A stretch of DNA of 64,000 nt from Camelus dromedarius (Eukaryota), in the NCBI RefSeq assembly GCF_036321535.1, contig NC_087438.1, positions 4,960,001 through 5,024,000 of the forward strand, in the 5' to 3' direction. The notes beneath the pieces are model-generated. The model worked only from the letters and a program-made list of their open reading frames with translations. It searched no databases and had not been told where the DNA came from. This document shows, one piece after another, positions 62,230 to 64,000 of the stretch (positions are counted from its first letter, which is position 1; each line of letters begins with the position of its first letter). A program made the translations under genes and the position numbers.

Positions 62230-63720
62230 CGTGTCGACCTTAAGCACGCAATGTAATGAGGTTTGATCAGTGTAAACACCAATTGCAATAATGTTCCCAT
62301 CACCCTCAAAATTCTCTTCTCCCCCCTCCCAGGGATCCCTGTCCATGAGGGGGAACCACTGTTTGATATCATCAAGACTTCACCTGTTCTTGAATTTCAA
62401 CAGATGGAATCCAGCAGGAGTGGTTCTCAAGATTCATGCTGTGGTTTGTATCAATATTTCATTTTTTAAAAATCAGTGAATTCTATTCCATTGTATAAAT
62501 ATACCATAACTTTTTATTAATTCTCCAGTTGACAGACTGGTGCATCTTTTCCACTTTTCGCTAGTTAATAGGAAAAGCTATTATAAACAAGACTTTTGGA
62601 AGTATTAATTTTCTCATTGCTAAAAAATAAGAGTTGTTGGATCATAGAGTTGATATAAATTTAAATTTATCATAAACTCCAAACTGTTTTCCAAAGTAAC
62701 ATTTTACACATCTGAGAGTTTCAGTTACTCCACGACAGTTCAAATATTTGGTGTTAGTCTGTTTGATTTTAGCCCTTGGAGAGGTGAGAAATGCTATCTT
62801 ATTGCTGACGTAATTTTGGCTTACTTCTTGACTAATGATATTGAACATCTTTTCCTGTGCTTATTGGCCATTCGTACATCTTATGCGTGAAGCATCTGTT
62901 CAAGTTTTCTGTCTGTTTTTCAGTCCTTTGTTTTTTCTTTTTTATTGAACGATAAGAATTCTTTATTCTGGATCCAAGACATTTTTCAAATATACATATT
63001 CTGTATATTTTCTCCCATCCGGTAGCTTGCATTATTTTTTTTTCAATAGTGAATTTTGGAGCAGAATTTTAAAAAATAACATCCAATTATCAATAGTTTC
63101 CTTTTATTCTGAGTACGTTTGTGACCTAAAAATTGTTACCTACACTGAAGATATGCTCCAATATTTTCTTCTACCAGCTCTGTAGTAAATTTTACATTGA
63201 GGACTGTGATCATCCTAAATTAATTTTGCTATGACATTTGTTATGTGTTTCTGATGAAATGAATCTTTTAATATTAAAAATGTCCTTTAATATCTCCAGT
63301 AATACCCCCAGTCTTGAACTCTACTTTGATATTAATATGATAACACCAGCTTCCTTATTGTGACTTTTGCATGGCATATATTTTTCCATCTTTACATGTT
63401 TCTTCATTTGTGACTATATTTAAAGTGATTTTTTTTTGTTCAGCATAAATCTGGATCTTGGTTTTTTTATCAGATCTTCCAATCTCCACCTTCTAATTGG
63501 AGTGTTGGGTCTATTCATGTTTAAGGCAACCACTGATATAATCGGGCATAATTCTACCACCTTGCAATCTATTTCTTTTTGTTTCATCTGGTTTTTATTC
63601 CTGTGTTCCTCTCTTCTTGTCTTCTTTTTCTGTAAGAATTAGTCTTTTGCTATTAGAATTCCCATTCAACACATGTATTGGCTTTTTGTTATACCTTGTA
63701 ATTTTTTAGAGGCTCCCTAG
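62230..63720 (-). mobile_element. Old L1 (L1ME/MD) fragments
   Basis: Antisense L1: 'tattgaacatcttttcctgtgcttattggccattcgtacatc', 'aacaccagcttccttattgtgac', 'ttggagtgttgggtctattcatgtttaag'. Confidence 0.8.
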
Positions 63721-64000
63721 AAGGTTCCATGCAGCAAACTGCAACGTGGGGTTTCTGACCCCCAGGCTCTGTACTGTGTACTATCTTTGCTATGATCTTA
63801 GTATCTCAAAGTTACTTTTAAAATTTCATTTCAAAAACTAAATATACAATTTCAACAATCAAGTCTAGGCTTCCTGTAAGCTCATTAATAATAAAATTGG
63901 CTGTATTTTAATTGTCTTTCGTTTCTGTCTCCTGCTAACTGTTATTGAATTGAAATTCATATCCCACATATTTCCAAAATAGTTATAATTGACTTCTTAA

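Noticed and set aside
1-64000. NUMT, rRNA, snRNA, 7SL or Y RNA copies; ERV gag/pol/env
   Set aside because: I recognised no matching sequence by eye. A BLAST or Infernal search would be needed to exclude short diverged copies.

Overview
Repeat-rich mammalian genomic DNA, most likely camelid (alpaca/camel). The species call rests on three Vic-1-type tRNA-derived SINEs and a young L1 3' end. I could not recognise any protein-coding gene with confidence, and most ORFs in the supplied track are repeat-derived, low-complexity or run through N gaps. The window holds one clear CpG island (~8.1-8.5 kb), many old eutherian repeats (L1M, L2, MIR, MLT1, MER20, MER63, Charlie1), four solo ERV-type LTRs, several STRs and three assembly gaps. 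Main observations: (1) L1 orientation flips at the CpG island (+ on the left, mostly - on the right), suggesting a bidirectional promoter feeding long introns, with candidate exons on both strands; (2) an L1 5'UTR fused directly to an L1 3' end between target-site duplications inside a Charlie1 fossil; (3) an exact 26-bp duplication 1.6 kb apart that overwrites part of a MER20; (4) an A-box-deleted SINE; (5) an LTR with a duplicated enhancer nested in an L1 tail; (6) a near-perfect RFX X-box. Repeat family names were assigned from memory of consensus sequences, not by search, and repeat boundaries are approximate (tens of bp) unless a TSD is given.
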